64,000 bases of DNA, from contig NC_042998.1 in NCBI RefSeq assembly GCF_006345805.1, positions 200,012,001 to 200,076,000 on the forward strand, in the 5' to 3' direction. The translations under genes and the position numbers were made by a program. Positions 27,100 to 41,140 of the stretch are shown one piece after another; positions within the stretch are counted from its first letter, which is position 1; each line of letters opens with the position of its first letter. The notes under the pieces are model-generated. The model saw only the letters and a program-made list of their open reading frames with translations, was not told the DNA's origin and ran no database searches. The stretch is from Octopus sinensis (lineage: Eukaryota).

Positions 27100-28420
27100 A
27101 TGTATTTAATCATTTAAACTCCTCTGAAGAAGGAGCTGGTTTCTAACAAAGATACAAAGCTCCATTTTTGGAATGTAGATAACGGAAACAATGTCATATT
27201 CTTAACCTGAGAAAAGTCTTTCATAGTATTACTGTTCCGCTTACAGATTGTATTTTGTAATATGCGAATCAGCTGGTTGATTTCATTTTCTGAAAATCGA
27301 ATCTTATCCAGACTGGCAGTTAGGCATTTAATTACAAAACCAAGTGCTCCAATTATTATTGGTTTAAATGTAAATTTGTAATCCGGATATAGAAGCTGGA
27401 GTTTTCGAAGCAGTTGTCCATGGTTATCTTCTTTCTCTCTGATTTTCAAAGCAATATTCACATCACAGGACAGCTGACATCTGTGATGTTACATACTTTT
27501 TCTTGACTATCCCAAAACAACAATATCCAGCCCGCTACGTTTAAGCTTGACAGATGTTTTGATGAGAATGTTCCAGCAGTATTCTCTTTGCTGGTACTTG
27601 AGTACATATTCAATAACATGGGGATACATTTTATTTATTCCAGGACAATATTTTTTTCCGACTGGTATTGTATATTGTTTCTGCGACTACGTCAAGTCGT
27701 ATTGGGAGATAGTAACTTGATGACATTTTTGGGAAGCTGCTAATCACATGTGTGATGTCTTCCACAGAAATATGACATAATCTACATTTACAGTTGCATC
27801 TCGGAACACCAGGGGCTTTACTGCCTCTTTTGATGATTAGGTACTTAGCAGCAATCTCCTGTTCTTGGACAGCAAATGCACAGCCTACGAAGTGTGATGT
27901 GATGTAGTAGTCACTAGTCTAAGAGAGGCTTCGCTTCACGTCAATGTTGCTATCTTCTTCCAGGTCTTCTATGAGGTATGCTTATCCAGCTGATCTGGAG
28001 TTGTATGGGAGGTCATCAAGAAACGAATACTTCTTGAAGAGCTCATTTTCAGCACGTAGGATATTGCTTACTTCACTTTTCTTCACTAAGTTAATCTATT
28101 TAATTTTGCTGCTGTTGTTTAGCAAGTGCAATCTGAGAGAGACTATACGACATTCGAAGGTTGTCTGTACTAGCCCGGACAGCGTTCAACGTTTCTTAGG
28201 TAGAGCTTGTCGATATCATTATTTTTGTGGAGATTTCCAGTAACTGTTAGAATCATGTGGGTTTTCATGTCTATGGAGTGGATTTCTTCTACAGACCAAT
28301 CTAGTATCCCAAATGTTGGAATCAGTGCTGGTACTGCAAATGCACAATAAAGCATTGTCTTGCAAGCAGAGAGTTCGGACTGCCATATCTTTCTTAGACT
28401 AGTCTAACATTCAAGAGCCA
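27100..28420 (-). pseudogene. Degenerate RLE-type LINE (R4/NeSL-like), distinct subfamily
   Basis: Minus frames give AFAVPALIPTFGILDW, CRLCHISVEDITHVIS and KEDNHGQLLRKLQLLYPDYKFTFKPIIIGALG. 3' end abuts (TATG)n. Confidence 0.85.
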
Positions 28421-29614
28421 CTCAGGGTACGTCAGCATGATATACTTTCATGAATGCCACAATGCTTGTGGCATTCATTGTGTCGGACACGAGAGATAGT
28501 GAGACCATTGATGCGCAGGTTTTGTGTCTGGGAGACTGATTTCCCCCGTTGAAGAACTACATAAGAACCTTTGTTCTGTACAAATTCAATTCATAACTAA
28601 ACTGAAAATGTTATTAATTTCAGTTGATTTTGGTATTGTTAATATTTTAAGCCGAAATCTGAAAGATATCCACAAGGTAATTCTGAGTGAAATATGTATG
28701 TATGTACGTATTATGTATATATGTATGCATATATCTGTACGTGCATGTACGAGTGTGTAGAAGCATGCATTCTATGTATACATGTATATGTGTTTATGAC
28801 TGATGTTATGTATTTATCAATCGTCTGTCGTTAAATCTATCTATCTATCTATTTATCTATATACGTACCTATCTATATGTATATCTATCTACCTGCCTAC
28901 CTACCTACCTACCTACCAACCTATCTATCTATCTAGTTATATATTTACACTTATAAATACAGGTATGTATTTACGTTGATATGTATACACGTACACGTAT
29001 ACACACCCACTTTTATATACATATTTTAACATACTTACGTATATGCCTGTGAGTGTATTTGTGTGAAGATAGATATAGATGTCTCCGCACATATACATTT
29101 AATCGAAACTACTCATGTATTTAAATAAAGTGATTCATAAAAATTGTATTGAATTAACTATTTTTCGAGTGAAAATAGCATGACGCCTTTCGTATTACTA
29201 ATTATATATATGTTCTGATCTTTTTCATTTGATCTGTATTAGAAACCATTGAAGTGGCAATAAAAAGCTGAGATATTTTCTATTCAAACTATTACTTTAA
29301 TATGAATAAGTTACAAGAACAAAAAGACAAAATCTAAAATGGTGGAAAAGCAGTTCCGTTGTAGAAGTCATAGCATGTTATGTAAATTATATTTAATAAT
29401 TTCTGAGTATAACTTAACTGAAACGCTTATGGAATCTAACTTCCAATCATCCAGAGAACAATATCAGTTTTGGAAGGTGTATGTTGTTGTAGTTGTAATT
29501 GTTATTAGCATTGTTGTTGTAGTTTTATTATCATTATTATTATTATTCATGATTTCAGAAATGCATCGAGAGTTTCCTTTCTTAAAAGAATTTGCGACAT
29601 TTTTGAAAACATGC

Positions 29615-29668
<54 letters not shown>

Positions 29669-29717
29669 GGTGTTTTTGCTGCTTTTATGATTGTTATGGT
29701 TATTATTATTATTATTA

Positions 29718-29751
<34 letters not shown>

Positions 29752-29780
29752 AAAAACAACAGCTGCAGTAGCAGCAGCAC

Positions 29781-29816
<36 letters not shown>

Positions 29817-29824
29817 CAGTGGTA

Positions 29825-29878
<54 letters not shown>
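29615..29878. repeat. Compound (ATT)n/(AGT)n microsatellite
   Basis: Directly visible. Confidence 0.95.
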
Positions 29879-30324
29879 TGTGATTGTTCTGGTAGCTGGC
29901 TGAGAGCAAGTTATATAACTGCTTTGGAGTTTTGGAAGTTCTTTCATCTGACACAAAATAACGAGCAAACTAAATGTGTCTTCGCCTTATGGGAAGGAAG
30001 CGTTAAGTTTTAGCCAAGATTTTCGATCTGAAAAACTTAATATAGCAAATAATACCAGCGACATCGTGGATGTCGCCGACGTATTGAAATTACGTACATG
30101 TGGCAAACGCTTGCATGGATTCACAGATAAGCATATATATGCATACATAGACACATGTACTCAATCATACAGATACACACAGATAAAATCTCTCAAATTT
30201 GCAGCGATACTTATGCGTGGATATAAACAGAAATATGCATAAACCGATTTGGATATATACCTCGACGATATTACATACACACATATACGGGCACACATAA
30301 TCACACACATACAAAGAGTAGATG

Positions 30325-30540
30325 AAACCATGGCGACTGAAGAAGGGGAATTTTCCTTGTGTTATTTGTCCTGTACTCTATTTTTCGTTGTTTAAGAAAA
30401 ATGTCCAGTTCCTTGGTTGTGTTCGTGGGTTTTTTTGGTGGGTGTCCTGTACCCATATAAGCATGTATATATTCATGTAGAGATAGGTATGTACATATAT
30501 GTATGTATATATGCGTATGTTTTATTTATTAATTTATATA
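30325..30540 (+). mobile_element. Short element ending in (TA)n with a partial hammerhead-like core
   Basis: CTGAAGA-A-GGGGAA..TTCCTT but no following GAAA. Same family as 3580-3752. Confidence 0.55.
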
Positions 30541-30604
30541 TATATATATATAAAGTATATGTATTTGTGAAGGAGTCTGACTTCTCGTCGACAACCATGA
30601 TTGT

Positions 30605-30649
30605 CACACGCTGATGAAAGGTAAACACCTTGAAACTCGGGTACGTGTG
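30605..30649 (+). ncRNA. Minimal type-I hammerhead ribozyme motif with canonical core
   Basis: CACACG-CUGAUGA-AAGG(UAAACA)CCUU-GAAAC-UCGG-GUA|CGUGUG. Stem I can extend (CAUGAU/AUCAUG). Lies in element 30553-30858 between (TA)n tracts. Confidence 0.8.
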
Positions 30650-30877
30650 TATCATGTGTTGAAGACGGGGAGGATGACTCCACTTCACAAATACTGACAG
30701 GACACAGATAGTGTGTCTATAGCCAGCGGGAGGAGGTGTCTTCCTGGGGCTACAAACAACAGTAGCATCCACCCTTTTGGGTTAGCCATATTCAAATGGC
30801 ATATATGCATCACGTTGTGTTACCGCTACTGTTTATAACTCGCTCTGAGATTTATCATTATATATATATATATATAT

Positions 30878-31080
30878 AACGGGAAAATAAACAAAAGACG
30901 AAGGCAAGTGGAATATAAACAAACAGTTGTATTAGTATGGCGCTCAGGAATATAAATAAAACAAGTCTTTTACGTTTCGAGCCTACGCTCTTCAACAGAA
31001 AGATACACAGAAAAGAAACACAGAAAGAAACAAGGAGAGAAAAGAAATGCGTGCAGAAGCTAGCGAATCAACATGGCGAT
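30878..31080 (-). mobile_element. Short hammerhead-bearing element (motif 30966-31003)
   Basis: Minus strand UCUUU-CUGUUGA-A-GAGC(GUAG)GCUC-GAAAC-GUA|AAAGA. Perfect stems, A6U change in the core. Confidence 0.7.
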
Positions 31081-31519
31081 GTATATATACATCAGGTATG
31101 GATATTTATAATTAACTCGAAGATGAGCGTGAAAACGACGAAAAATATAGATAAGGGAATGCAGGGCAAAAATATAAGGAAAACGATGGAAAACAAGGAA
31201 GAAAGGAGGGGAGAGGGAGAATGGGAATGAAGAAGAAAATGGAAGATGATACAGAAAAAATGAAATATTACGTATAAAGGAAAAAAGGAAAAAGAAGAAA
31301 AAGAAGAGAAAGAGGGAGAAGGAGAAAAAGAAGAGAATGAGCAAGAAGAAAAAGAAAGAGGTAAATAGTGAAATGAGGGTTATAATAGTTTGCTCAAAAC
31401 TAGTTACTCAATTTCTCTAGTCGAGAGCGATACTACGACAAATGTACATGTGTGTGTGTTTGTTTGTGTGAACGTGTGTGTATGTATGTGTGTATGTGTG
31501 CGTGTGTGTGCGCGTGTGT

Positions 31520-31625
31520 GTACTTATTCTATCGGTCTGTCTTGTCGAACCGCTAAGTGACGGGACGTAAACACACCAGCATCGGTTGTCAAGCGATGTT
31601 GGGGACGAACACAGACACACAAACA
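31520..31625 (-). mobile_element. SINE family A fragment
   Basis: tacttattctatcggtc..gaaccgctaag..gcatcggttgtcaagcgatg. Confidence 0.8.
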
Positions 31626-31664
31626 TATACATACACATACATATATTTACATGCACATATATAT

Positions 31665-32020
31665 TGTTGATTGTTGTTGTTGTTGGCATCCTTTGTCTCT
31701 GGAGAGAATGAAGTTGCGCATGAACCAATCCAGTGTGGATTTTATATTTCATGTCTTCTCGTGTTTTGCGATGTCCTGGGCTAGATGTAAGAAAAGCCTG
31801 AGTAGCCCAATCGTCAGGATTCCTCTCCCGACCTTGGTGATGTAGTCCAAAGGAGTGCAGAGCACTACGTTTGGAACCAGCTAGGTTACTGGGGTGTCGA
31901 GTCGAACACTAAATAACCTACAGGGCTCCAGTTCAGATTTCTTTTAAGGTTGTCTCCTTTCCGTAATCCTAGATAGGGGCCCATACTAAGTACTATCAGT
32001 AGTGAAGAAAATCGCTACCC
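31665..32020 (-). mobile_element. Non-autonomous RTE-derived element (probable 5' UTR + 3' end fusion)
   Basis: Minus strand ends ..gagacaaaggatgcc(AAC)n, resembling RTE 3' ends. No ORF. Confidence 0.5.
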
Positions 32021-32024
32021 ACAT

Positions 32025-32057
<33 letters not shown>

Positions 32058-32122
32058 CATATAGACATACAAACACACACACACATATATACATATATAC
32101 ATACAGACACACACACATACCC

Positions 32123-32159
<37 letters not shown>

Positions 32160-32162
<3 letters not shown>

Positions 32163-32259
32163 ACCAAATCCACTCACAAGGTGCCACGCAGTGGGACAGA
32201 ACCCGGAACCATGTGTTTTGTAAGCAAACTACTTACCACACAGCCACCACTGCGCCTAT
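32160..32259 (-). mobile_element. SINE family A 5' fragment with internal deletion
   Basis: Reverse complement of the head (taggcgcag.ggtggctgtgtggtaagtag) joined to gagtggatttggta. Confidence 0.8.
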
Positions 32260-32276
32260 ACATATGTATGTACAGC

Positions 32277-32374
<98 letters not shown>

Positions 32375-34379
32375 TATGACACGTTTTAAAATGACACGGC
32401 ATAGGTATTATTCAGTTGAGAAAGGAAAAAAGCGATGTCTGATGTACTCTAGTAGCCAACTCTCCGTAGGTATTACCGTCAAGATGAAAAATGACGAAAT
32501 ACATACTGCGCAATACCCCCCCCTCCAATATTCTCGTCAATCACCGGTCCGCATAGTGATATTTTTCCTCGGGCGGATTTGAATTCAATGCCTGAAATGC
32601 ATGGCGTTCTATATAGCAGCCTATCAACTCTCCGAATACAATTCAATTCAAGTGCAATGTGCCATTAATCTTCTCGACAGTCAAATCTAAATGAAATATA
32701 ACTTGTAGAATAAACAAGGAAAATTTCGTTCCAGGATTTAAAAGTATGTGTGTGGTCGAAAACATTTACCCCACTATTTAGGTGGATAGTGAAGAAAGTA
32801 TAATACTCCACCGCAATAGGACACTGGGTGATTACATGTAATGCCTGCCAAAATGATACATAACCTTCTCAATATTTGCCATTATATCCATAATGAAATG
32901 AAAAGAAAAGAATTAAAACGGTTAGAATCAGTGTGAACTGATATTTGTGCCAGACGTTCTATACAATATCCACTTAGTCATTTTGTCATTCGAAAGTTCG
33001 AAAGAAAATAAAAAGATTGTGTCCGTTCATGAATAGAAAGCGGGTCAGAAACTTGATTTTCGCCAAATTAAGAAATCAGAAAAAGAAAAAAAAAGATATT
33101 TGAAGTCAGAATGGCAGAAAACGGACGTGTAGTCATGCATTGTTGATAAATGTGTTATTCGGACCATTTATTCAATTGAATGAAGTAATTAAATAGATGA
33201 GTCTGATGTTCAATATTGCCATCTATCATGTCAATGTCTCAGTATGGGCTTTATTGTCTATTATTTACCTCACTTTCAATCAGTCAAATATTTATCAAAC
33301 AGTCACTTGATTAATCAATCAATCAGACAATCTATTATATATATGAAAGACAAATTGCCGTCAGTATATCTGTCTCTCCTGCTTTTACAATAAAATATTT
33401 TTGTCGACAGGATAATTGAATGGTGGTGTAGTATTTCATGTATAATAACAAGATTTTATGTTTTCTATATATCTTTTAATTTTCTATCTGTTCACTTAAT
33501 TTTTATGAATTATGATACATGTAGATCTCTTTGACAATCAATAAGATTCATAATCTTGACTGCACTGACTGTAATCGCATTACAATTTCAAACTCCGGCC
33601 ACGTTATGTAGAGAAGGTCGCATACGTGAAACAAGAACGGCATGGTTGTATTCAAATAACTTCATGTGAGTCAGTTGGAAACGGCTGCCCTAGTACTTTG
33701 TGCCTGAATGCACAAGGGCTGACATTCGTAATAGTTAACATATTTTTCTTGGCAGATTCTCATGTATGTGCATTGATTATATGCGATGTGATCATTAAAC
33801 CTTCCTGAAATTTGATTGACACATATTAAAATATGTAGATATATTTTCTGTACAAATAGCATGATGTAAGGTGTCATTGATGCGTTTGTCTACTGTAATT
33901 GTACTTTGCAATATGTCGTCATATTAATATGCTCGTAAAAATATATGATAGTTGTTTTCAAAACCTCGTAATGCTAATTCTAGTTAAGAAAGAGTTGGTA
34001 AGCTTGGCATCTAACTACTGATGCATATAGCGAGTAGAGAGGTGAAAGGTCATTACACATCTCCATGCTGAGGCACATAAGAGGCTATAAAAAGGAGCGT
34101 GTATTCAGCTAGTTAGTCTATGTTCTATTATGCTAGAGGTATTGGAGATTTTAATGCAACGAACACTGTGCTGACTGATTTCCCTGTTGTTTACTGTGCG
34201 TTATACTCAAGTTTCTTTTAATAGCTCGTTTGGAACCCGCGTATGACTCATAACTGTCTTACGCTCGAAGGTTTTTCTCTGCTATATATTTCTAGAAGGG
34301 TGCACGCTTGGTGCAGGTTACATTTTTCACATTAGTTCATGCATGCACTTCCACACACCAAACACATACACGCATATAT

Positions 34380-34439
<60 letters not shown>

Positions 34440-34540
34440 ATTAAACATAGTAAATAGGGTAATAAAAATAAATTATTATGACCAGTGACCTAGTACAAAA
34501 GACGAATTAGTCATTAGACTATACGTTATTCATATATAAG

Positions 34541-34658
34541 TACATTAAAAGGCTTCCAAATAAAGAAGCGAGTGCTAGATACACAAAAAGGGGATAAATT
34601 CATATCCCCTTTTTGTGTATCTAGCACTCGCTTCTTTATTTGGAAGCCTTTTAATGTA
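34541..34658. repeat. Perfect hairpin, 56-bp arms, 6-nt loop (AATTCA)
   Basis: 34541-34596 is the exact reverse complement of 34603-34658. Confidence 0.95.
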
Positions 34659-34831
34659 TTTATATACATATATATATATATTTTAAGTAGACAAATGAAT
34701 TATCTTATTACGGATAATTCGAAAGATAACCGATACCTGGGTAGCAAACTCACAACAGAAAAAGCACGGTTGAAGTTACGACCATAGGGCATAAAATCCG
34801 TGCCTTAGTGCGGAAATTTGAAGTTTAATTT

Positions 34832-35234
<403 letters not shown>

Positions 35235-36216
35235 ACAGATAATTAGAAAATGGAGTTAACCACAGATTAACCAAGCCATCGGTTGGACCACATTTATAGC
35301 TTATTTTTAATGCAAAGCATGACATAACAAGACAGGTGATTTAACATATATTACGGCTGTTGCTGATCAGATTGTCAAAATTCAGTCTATACATAAATGT
35401 GAGAATAAAATTCTTCATCTTCGTAGGGCATTCAAATTAAGGCCACGGATTTTCATCAGAGCATATAATGAAACAAAAGGAAAGAAAACATGGCTTAGAC
35501 AAATAGTCTAGAAGCCCAATATGTTAAGAACAAATAATTTGCCATCAGAAGCTACAGGGGTCGTAGGTAAAAGAGTGAGATAGTAATGGTCTAGGGAATA
35601 CTACGGATTGGTGCAATTTGAAGTGGGGGTCAGGATGTTTAAAAAATATGTTATCAAGAAGCTTGATACTAACGTGATTGTCAAAGGGCAGAACCTAGGC
35701 TAACGGAGTAAACCCAAGTTAAAGTAAACACTCGTAGGGTGCTTAAGGAAAATTTACTCGCAGAAATTAATACCGCGAGTTCCACCTACTGCCCACAATG
35801 GGGCAAGTCCAGCGGTCTCTACAATTGGTCAGTTACAATCTAAGCCGAGATCACAAGTTAAAACCATAAAAAACGATTTGTTTATAAAATAAACAAGAAA
35901 AGAAAAAGGAAAAAAAAAAGATATAGAGTAGATGTCAATGAATAGATAGCGTGGGGCCGTTTCTGTCATCCAACATATATTAACGTTATAACATGCGTGA
36001 GGGAAGAGTTAGGGAATCTACAGGAGTGTGGTTAAGGAGAGGCAACTAGTACTGCTAATTTAGCACTTCAATAGAATCTACAAGAGAATGAAATTGAGCT
36101 AAAACTGCTGTTAGCTGCACTCTACGTGTATGGTGTGCTAGCACACCAATGCCAGGGGACAATACAGTTAACGGATAGCGATAGTATATAAGGACACTTT
36201 ATCCCTTAGTCGGTTA

Positions 36217-36279
<63 letters not shown>

Positions 36280-36299
36280 ACTAAACAAGTTTAAACACC

Positions 36300-36715
36300 A
36301 AGTCACTCGGATACTGGAATGCTTGAACTTCTCTTTGGTGAGAACATCTTCGATCAGGAGCAAATTATAGACCGAAAGTAAGACAGATTACTATGCAGAG
36401 AACCGAATACGGTTCCATCGGTCATGCATGCTAAATTCCCAGTAACTATGCTAGATCTGCGAGTCGTCAGGGACGAGGGAGATATCATGACTCCTGTATA
36501 CACAGAGGTATGCAGAAAGTTGTGTAAACCTGGATAGACAGAGTACACAACAGAAACACCTACGTCTTCCAGGAAAAATTTCGCCGTCGCGTAATCCTAG
36601 AACAATCCAAGCGTGGATGCATGATCATGTTTTCCCAGACACAAGACCTCCTTGCTCATCAGACTGAAATCAAGTGGACTATTACGTTTTGGCACGCACA
36701 CGGGAGAACCGTGAA
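36300..36715 (+). pseudogene. Tc1/mariner superfamily (maT/DD37D-like) transposase relic
   Basis: Fragments FFGENIFDQEQ, KFPVTMLDLRVVRDEGDIM, TYVFQE and PPCSSD*NQVDYYVW match the SDEK..F / KFP.SVMV..EG / YVFQQD / PP.SPDLNP.DY.VW motifs. Confidence 0.7.
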
Positions 36716-37137
36716 TTAGCAACCCCTAACACCATACAATCTCTAAAGCCGACAAGAAAAAAAATGTATATCCTAAATTCATAGCGATCATCACATTCGA
36801 GCATATCAAGGTTTTTGATTCCATACTGAAGCAACAATTGGTGCTAAATGTGGATTCCTTGAATAAACGTGATGGAATTATTCTGAAGATTATTTATACC
36901 GATACGTTTTCAAAAACAGCTTCTCTTTGATGAGTATGCAACTGTTTCTAAATTCAGACAACAAGATAACAAAAGAGAAAGAGGGGGGGAGAAAGAGATA
37001 GAGAGAATTCTATATCCAAACGTAATAATATATATTTCCTGAGGGGTTCATTATAATCCTGGGTGTATATATATATATATATATATATGATATGTTAGAA
37101 ACTATACAGAGATAGAGAAATATTTTATATATTCACA

Positions 37138-37170
<33 letters not shown>

Positions 37171-37179
37171 GATAGATAT

Positions 37180-37234
<55 letters not shown>

Positions 37235-38348
37235 CACATATATGCATACATGTACACACGTGCCATAACTACGTTTTATGCATACTCAACATACATACAC
37301 AAAAATTCTGCAAGGACATAATTATAATTATACAACAATTGGTTATGAGTTTTAAAAACGCAAACTATTGTATGCGTAAATGAAATTCTTAATTTTCTTA
37401 TATGCAGCATCATTTCAAAACTGAACACTCAGTTTCTCTTCACATGGAATTTTCTTGCCGATTTCCCATTAAATTTCAAGCGTCATTGTTCATTCCTCTG
37501 TTACGTTGTTATAATCTAAGACTGTTGGAAGCTCTGCATGCTTTTATTTAAGCGTAGATGGCTGAAAATGTGGTGTTCTGGGTGGGTATTTATGCATGTA
37601 TGTATCTATGTATGCATGCATATATGTATTTATGTATGTATATATGTATGTATGTATGCATGTATGCATGCATGTGTGTATGTATGTAAGTATGTATTTA
37701 TGTATGCATGTATGCATGTGTGTATGTACATATGTATGCATGTATGCATGCATGTGTGTATGTATGTATGTAGGTATGCATGTATGCATGCATGTGTGTA
37801 TGTATGTATGTCTGGGTAGGCGAGGTTGTGTGAGGATTTGTGCATTTATGTATGATGAAGTTTTGAATGCATGTACGCATGTGCCGACGACTCAAATGTA
37901 GGTATGAATGTGCGTGTATGCGTGTATGTACAACTTGTGTATACATACGATGATATACTCAAAAGTCATTTTACATACACGCCCATACACGGCAAACACG
38001 AAGTATAATTGTAAAACTTTGCTTTAATGAAAATACCTAGACACCTAAACGCATCAACAGATACACTCACACACACACAGGTGTCTGTATGTGTTGGTGC
38101 GGTTATAGTGTTTCTTTTTTTAATATATATCTCACAGACGGTTTACTGAAGTAATCACATATACAAATATGTATATGCATAAGGTACGTATCGAAATGTA
38201 TACGCTTATATACATATCGACTACCGATGCGCATCACACTTTCCAACGTATGAGCTCTCTCGAATTACAAAGACATACATACATACACACTGATAAATAT
38301 GCAAAAGACGAAGGGAAGACAGTAATGAGTGTATGTGTGTGTGTATGT

Positions 38349-38386
<38 letters not shown>

Positions 38387-39050
38387 AAACAGAAAAACGA
38401 AAAATCCAATACAAACATATGCAGATGTATTTTTTGATTTATTAAAGATGTACACACTGTCACAGTAGCGAGGCGAATATTCTCCTTTGATGTTCCGAAA
38501 TGGAAATCATCATTCCTGTATGAATGCGAAATGAAACAATGTACATCAATTTCATTATGTAACATATCAATCAATTTCTTATTAAGAAATCGCTTCATAT
38601 TTCAGTATGATTAGCGATGTATATATATTAGTGTACATATACATGCGTGTGAGGTAGAAAATGTGATAGAGATATATTGTGTGTGTTCGCGCATGTTTGA
38701 ACACGATGCATCAAAATATATACTCATTTACAGGCGTACATGGATGCTGAAAGGCGCCACATATGTATGTATTTTTATATTCTGAGGATTATATAACTGA
38801 AAGAAAAATAAATTTACGAGTTGTGGTGACAGTTTCAATCACCAGCTGGACATTGGCATTTAGGAGCTAACCCACATAATACCCATTATATAGTTGTCTA
38901 TATTCATACAATCTGCAACCACACGCAAACCATACATAGGTACATACATACATACACAATCACACCCGCTTGCACACATGCATGTACAAATAAAAACACT
39001 CACTCACATTATATACTTACTCATATATACATATATATACATATATATAC

Positions 39051-39465
39051 ATTAGCTTCAAGGTTCATCCAAGACTGGGACCACGGGCCATACGTCCCCT
39101 GCCCAATTCAAGATCACAACATACATGTACACTGCAACATAATTTCTTTTCCTCAACAGGCCCTGCCCTATTTAACATTGTCCCGAGGGAGATCAAAGAG
39201 GAAAAGGATCCCATCAACTTTAAACAGAGTCTGGATAGATTCCTTCAAAGAATACCAGATAAGCCACCCATTATTGGATACAACTCATCCAACAAGAACT
39301 CACTACTTGAACAAAACTTGATACAACTCACCCAACAAGAACTCACTACTTGAACAAAACTTGACTTAAACAGGATTCGAATAATCCTATCAGGTGGTGC
39401 TATTAAGTTAGACATGACCTGGACCAATCTTTGGTCGAAACATATCTAAGTTATCTAAGTTATAC
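39051..39465 (+). mobile_element. CR1-group LINE 3' fragment
   Basis: ISFKVHPRLGPRAI..FSSTGPALFNIVPREIKEEKDPINFKQSLDRFLQRIPDKP with a (TATCTAAGT)n tail. Same family as 121-397. Confidence 0.8.
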
Positions 39466-39599
39466 ATATATACATAATTGATGCTTCTTGATGGGGTGGC
39501 ATTAAATGTAGACCTGCATTATCAATGTCAGCATGAACCACAAATCAACCAACAATGTTAATATATATTGCTATACTTGTTCTTCCTCCTTATTTTCTT

Positions 39600-40715
39600 C
39601 GTGGACAAAATAATGGAAACTCCTAGCATCATAGTATCATAATTTTGAAATAACTATATATCCACAAAAGCTTTGTTTTTTTGTATTTATCATTAGTGTG
39701 GCTTAATATATATTTTGCTAAAATTGCTGTTTCTTTTCAGATATCTTCGAAAAAGGGTAATTCAAATTCATTAAAATGACAGATCTATCCGACTTTCAAA
39801 GATGATAGGCGCTAGCATGACGAAAACAGCCGAAATGTTTGGTGTATCAAGAAGTACTGTCTCGAAAATATTGACAGCCTTTGAGAAGAGGGGAAAACCT
39901 CCTCATCGAAGCAAAACTCCGGAAGGAAACCAAAACTTTCAGATGGGGACTGTCAGACACTTACGCGAATTGTTAGAAAGGATCACAAAAGTACAGCTCC
40001 CAAAATTACTGCAGAGCGTAATGACTACATCGAGAACCCAGTTTCCGCAAAACTGTTTGCCGGGAGCTGCAAAAAGCCGGATTTCACTGAAGGGCTGCAA
40101 TAATAAAACCGCTACTTTCAATAACAAATGTTGCAAACCATTTAGAGTGGAGTAAAAATCTACAGAATTGGTCCCTAGATCAGTGGAACAATGTTATTTT
40201 CTCGGACGAGTCACCTTTACCTTATTTCTGACACACGGGCGACTACACGTGTGGAGCCAGCTAAAAGAAATATCTTACCCAGACTGCCTACTTCCAAATT
40301 TTATATGATCAAATTCATCCTATAGTTGCAAAACTGTTTCCGGAGGGAAACACAATCTTTCAGGATGAAAATGCACCAATTCACAAAGCTAAATTTCTTA
40401 CTAAATGGCATAAGGAACATTCTGGTGAAGTTGAACATCTTATCTGGCTACCACAGTCACCAGATATTAATATTATTGAACATTTATGGTGCGTGTTAGA
40501 AAAACAAGTAAGGAGTCAATATCCTCCACCATGTTCACATCAAGAACTGGAGACTGCTTTAGCTGAAGAATGGGCAAAAATTCCTTTGGAAACTATTCGA
40601 ACTCCGTACGGGCCCATACGTCGTAGAATTCAAGCTGTAAAGGCGGTCCTATCTCATATTAAAATAATTTTCTTTGAAATTTTAAGGTGATTCCATCACT
40701 TTGTCCGACTCCCGT
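39600..40715 (+). mobile_element. Decayed Tc1 (DD34E) DNA transposon
   Basis: MTDLSDFQR..AEMFGVSRSTVSK (HTH), WNNVIFSDES, IFQDENAPIH, WLPQSPDINIIEHLW. Imperfect TIRs gtggacaaaataatggaaac / gattccatcactttgtccgac. Frameshifted. Confidence 0.9.
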
Positions 40716-40774
40716 ATGTATACATATACATGCATACATGCATACATACATACATACATACATACATACATACA

Positions 40775-40821
<47 letters not shown>

Positions 40822-40822
<1 letters not shown>

Positions 40823-41140
40823 CAATTCATAAATAAGGGCAAACGAAAAAATTTCTAATGCCAAATATGCCGAAAAATTGGACATATTGTCCATTAACCA
40901 TATAATTTTAGAAATTTCTGTCCACCTTTTTTCGAGTAGCGTGCGTATTGTGAAAAAATTATATGGTTAATGGACAATATGTCCAATTTTTCGGCATATT
41001 TGGCATTAGAAATTTTTTCGTTTGCCCTTATTTATGAATTGTTTATAATTGTAACCTTTAAACGTATTTTTTTGATATGCTGCACAATGATAAAATTTTT
41101 TGGGGAAAGAAATTTTTTCGAAAAATATTTTATCCTACAT

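Noticed and set aside
27122-27163. CTGAAGA-A-GGAGCT..AGCTCC hammerhead-like start
   Set aside because: No GAAA or NUH follows; it is the antisense of a LINE 3' UTR hairpin.
29339-30013. 224-aa hydrophobic ORF resembling a membrane protein
   Set aside because: The hydrophobic runs are trinucleotide microsatellites.
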